Part shown: one piece after another, positions 1-1,278 of the stretch
How the letters are laid out: every line of letters starts with the position of its first letter
Position numbering within the stretch: the stretch's first letter is position 1
Sequence record: MT912506.1
Origin: a phage
Length of the DNA stretch: 1,278 bases
Strand: one strand, 5' to 3'
Notes under the pieces: model-generated
Told to the model about the DNA's origin: nothing
The model's input: only the letters and a program-made list of their open reading frames with translations
Database searches by the model: none
Position numbers and translations under genes: made by a program

Positions 1-1278
1 ATGAGCAACGTGCAGACCAGCGCCGAGAGGATCCCCCACGACCTGAGCCACCTGGTGTTCGAGGCCGGCAAGATCGGCAGGCTGAAGACCATCAGCTGGA
101 CCCCCGTGGTGGCCGGCGACAGCTACGAGACCGAGATGGTGGGCGCCATCAGGCTGAGCCCCCTGAGGAGGGGCCTGGCCGTGGACAGCAGGGTGGACGT
201 GTTCACCTTCTACATCCCCCACAGGCACGTGTACGGCCAGCAGTGGATCGACTTCATGAAGACCGGCGTGAACGCCACCCCCCTGGCCCCCGTGACCTGC
301 GCCAGCGGCTGGGACAGCGCCGCCTACCTGGGCACCATCCCCAGCACCAACCTGAAGGTGCCCAAGTTCCTGCACCAGAGCTACCTGAACATCTACAACA
401 ACTACTTCAAGCCCCCCTGGAGCAACGACCTGACCTACGCCAACCCCAGCAACATGCCCGCCGAGGACTACAAGTGGGGCGTGAGGGTGGCCAACCTGAA
501 GAGCATCTGGACCGCCCCCCTGCCCCCCGACAGCCTGACCAAGCAGGACATGACCACCGGCGCCACCACCATCGACATCATGGGCCTGCAGGCCGCCTAC
601 GCCAAGCTGCACACCGAGCAGGAGAGGGACTACTTCATGACCAGGTACAGGGACATCATGAAGGACTTCGGCGGCCACACCAGCTACGACGGCGACAACA
701 GGCCCCTGCTGCTGATGAGGAGCGAGTTCTGGGCCAGCGGCTACGACGTGGACGGCACCGACCAGACCAGCCTGGGCCAGTTCAGCGGCAGGGTGCAGCA
801 GACCTTCAACCACAAGGTGCCCAGGTTCTACGTGCCCGAGCACGGCGTGATCATGACCCTGAGCGTGACCAGGTTCCCCCCCACCCACGAGATGGAGATG
901 CACTACCTGGTGGGCAAGGAGAGCCTGACCTACACCGACATCGCCTGCGACCCCGCCCTGATGGCCAACCTGCCCCCCAGGGAGATCGAGGTGAAGGACC
1001 TGTTCCACAGCGCCGGCACCGGCAAGTTCAAGATCGCCGAGGGCCAGTGGTACAGGACCCAGCCCGACAGGGTGGCCTTCCCCTACAACGCCCTGGACGG
1101 CTTCCCCTTCTACAGCAAGCTGCCCAGCAACGACATCCTGGAGAGGGTGCTGGTGCACACCGACAACTACGACGAGATCTTCCAGAGCATGCAGCTGGTG
1201 CACTGGAACATGCAGACCAAGTTCAACACCACCGTGTACAGGCACATGCCCACCACCAGGGACGGCATCATGACCAGC
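1..1278 (+). CDS. F: Major capsid protein F, phiX174-like microvirus (Bullavirinae); full-length protein, stop codon not present in the window; back-translated or codon-optimised coding sequence
   Basis: Seen in sequence: frame +1 is open from ATG at nt 1 to nt 1278 (426 codons, no in-frame stop). Translation begins MSNVQTSAERIPHDLSHLVFEAGKIGRLKTISWTPVVAGDSYE and ends TVYRHMPTTRDGIMTS. Established knowledge (recalled, not computed): many long stretches match phiX174/G4 protein F, e.g. PHDLSHL, LRLSPLRRGLA, HRHVYG, GVNATPL, YLNIYNNYFK, IWTAPLPP, IDIMGLQAAYA (nt 571-603), DNRPLL, WASGYDVDGTDQTSLGQFSGRVQQT (nt 730-804), VPEHG, LTYTDIA, NLPPREI, KFKIAEGQWYR (nt 1024-1056) and the C-terminal IMTS; the length (426 aa) matches the ~427 aa phiX174 F. 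Codon usage is synthetic (one codon per amino acid), so no native start-site context can be assessed. Confidence 0.9.
   Translation, partial: MSNVQTSAERIPHDLSHLVFEAGKIGRLKTISWTPVVAGDSYETEMVGAIRLSPLRRGLAVDSRVDVFTFYIPHRHVYGQQWIDFMKTGVNATPLAPVTCASGWDSAAYLGTIPSTNLKVPKFLHQSYLNIYNNYFKPPWSNDLTYANPSNMPAEDYKWGVRVANLKSIWTAPLPPDSLTKQDMTTGATTIDIMGLQAAYAKLHTEQERDYFMTRYRDIMKDFGGHTSYDGDNRPLLLMRSEFWASGYDVDGTDQTSLGQFSGRVQQTFNHKVPRFYVPEHGVIMTLSVTRFPPTHEMEMHYLVGKESLTYTDIACDPALMANLPPREIEVKDLFHSAGTGKFKIAEGQWYRTQPDRVAFPYNALDGFPFYSKLPSNDILERVLVHTDNYDEIFQSMQLVHWNMQTKFNTTVYRHMPTTRDGIMTS

Noticed and set aside
1-60. Search for promoter, Shine-Dalgarno or other regulatory signals at the 5' end, and for a terminator at the 3' end
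   Set aside because: The window starts exactly at the ATG and ends at the last sense codon with no untranslated sequence. Any internal motif resemblance would be a codon-choice artefact.
278-528. Homopolymeric C runs of six (e.g. nt 278-283, 412-417, 515-520, 523-528), which could look like slippage-prone or phase-variable tracts
   Set aside because: They arise mechanically wherever Pro-Pro (CCC CCC) or Thr/Ala-Pro-Pro is back-translated. The sequence is synthetic, so these are not evolved contingency tracts.
1-1278. A complete stop-free reading frame on the minus strand, in phase with the + strand codons
   Set aside because: This is an artefact of the codon table. The reverse complements of the 20 codons used (GGC, CCT, GTT, GTC, GCA, CTG, CTC, GCC, GTG, GAT, CAG, CTT, CAT, GAA, GGG, GCT, GGT, CCA, GTA, CAC) include no stop codon, so the antisense in-phase frame is necessarily open. 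It is not evidence of an antisense gene.
1-1278. High GC content and GC3 of 100 percent, which might suggest a high-GC host or a horizontally acquired island
   Set aside because: It is fully explained by the single-codon human-preferred back-translation table; composition carries no phylogenetic or host signal here.
1-1278. Possibility that the window encodes a novel defence, toxin or other multi-component system
   Set aside because: Only one gene is present, and it is confidently recognisable as a well-characterised microvirus structural protein. There are no additional ORFs, repeats, or RNA genes that are not explained by the back-translation artefact.
1-1278. Overlapping genes in alternative + strand frames, as occur elsewhere in phiX174 (A/A*/B/K, D/E)
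   Set aside because: Gene F has no known embedded overlapping gene in phiX174-like phages, and the +2/+3 frames here contain stops (e.g. TGA created across CTG-AGC junctions). Any short alternative-frame ORFs in a back-translated sequence are meaningless.

Overview
The whole window is a single uninterrupted + strand reading frame (nt 1-1278, 426 codons, no stop codon) encoding a protein I recognise as a phiX174/G4-type major capsid protein F (Microviridae, Bullavirinae). The DNA is not native phage sequence: every amino acid is encoded by exactly one codon, every codon ends in C or G, and the codon set is the human-preferred one, which is the signature of in-silico back-translation or naive codon optimisation. 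Nucleotide-level signals such as promoters, RBS, terminators, repeats and antisense ORFs therefore carry no biological information here; only the encoded protein does. I find no evidence for a novel multi-gene system: this is one well-known structural gene with no flanking context. The protein is clearly diverged from the phiX174 and G4 reference sequences as I remember them, so it may be a natural relative or an engineered variant; a database search is needed to decide.
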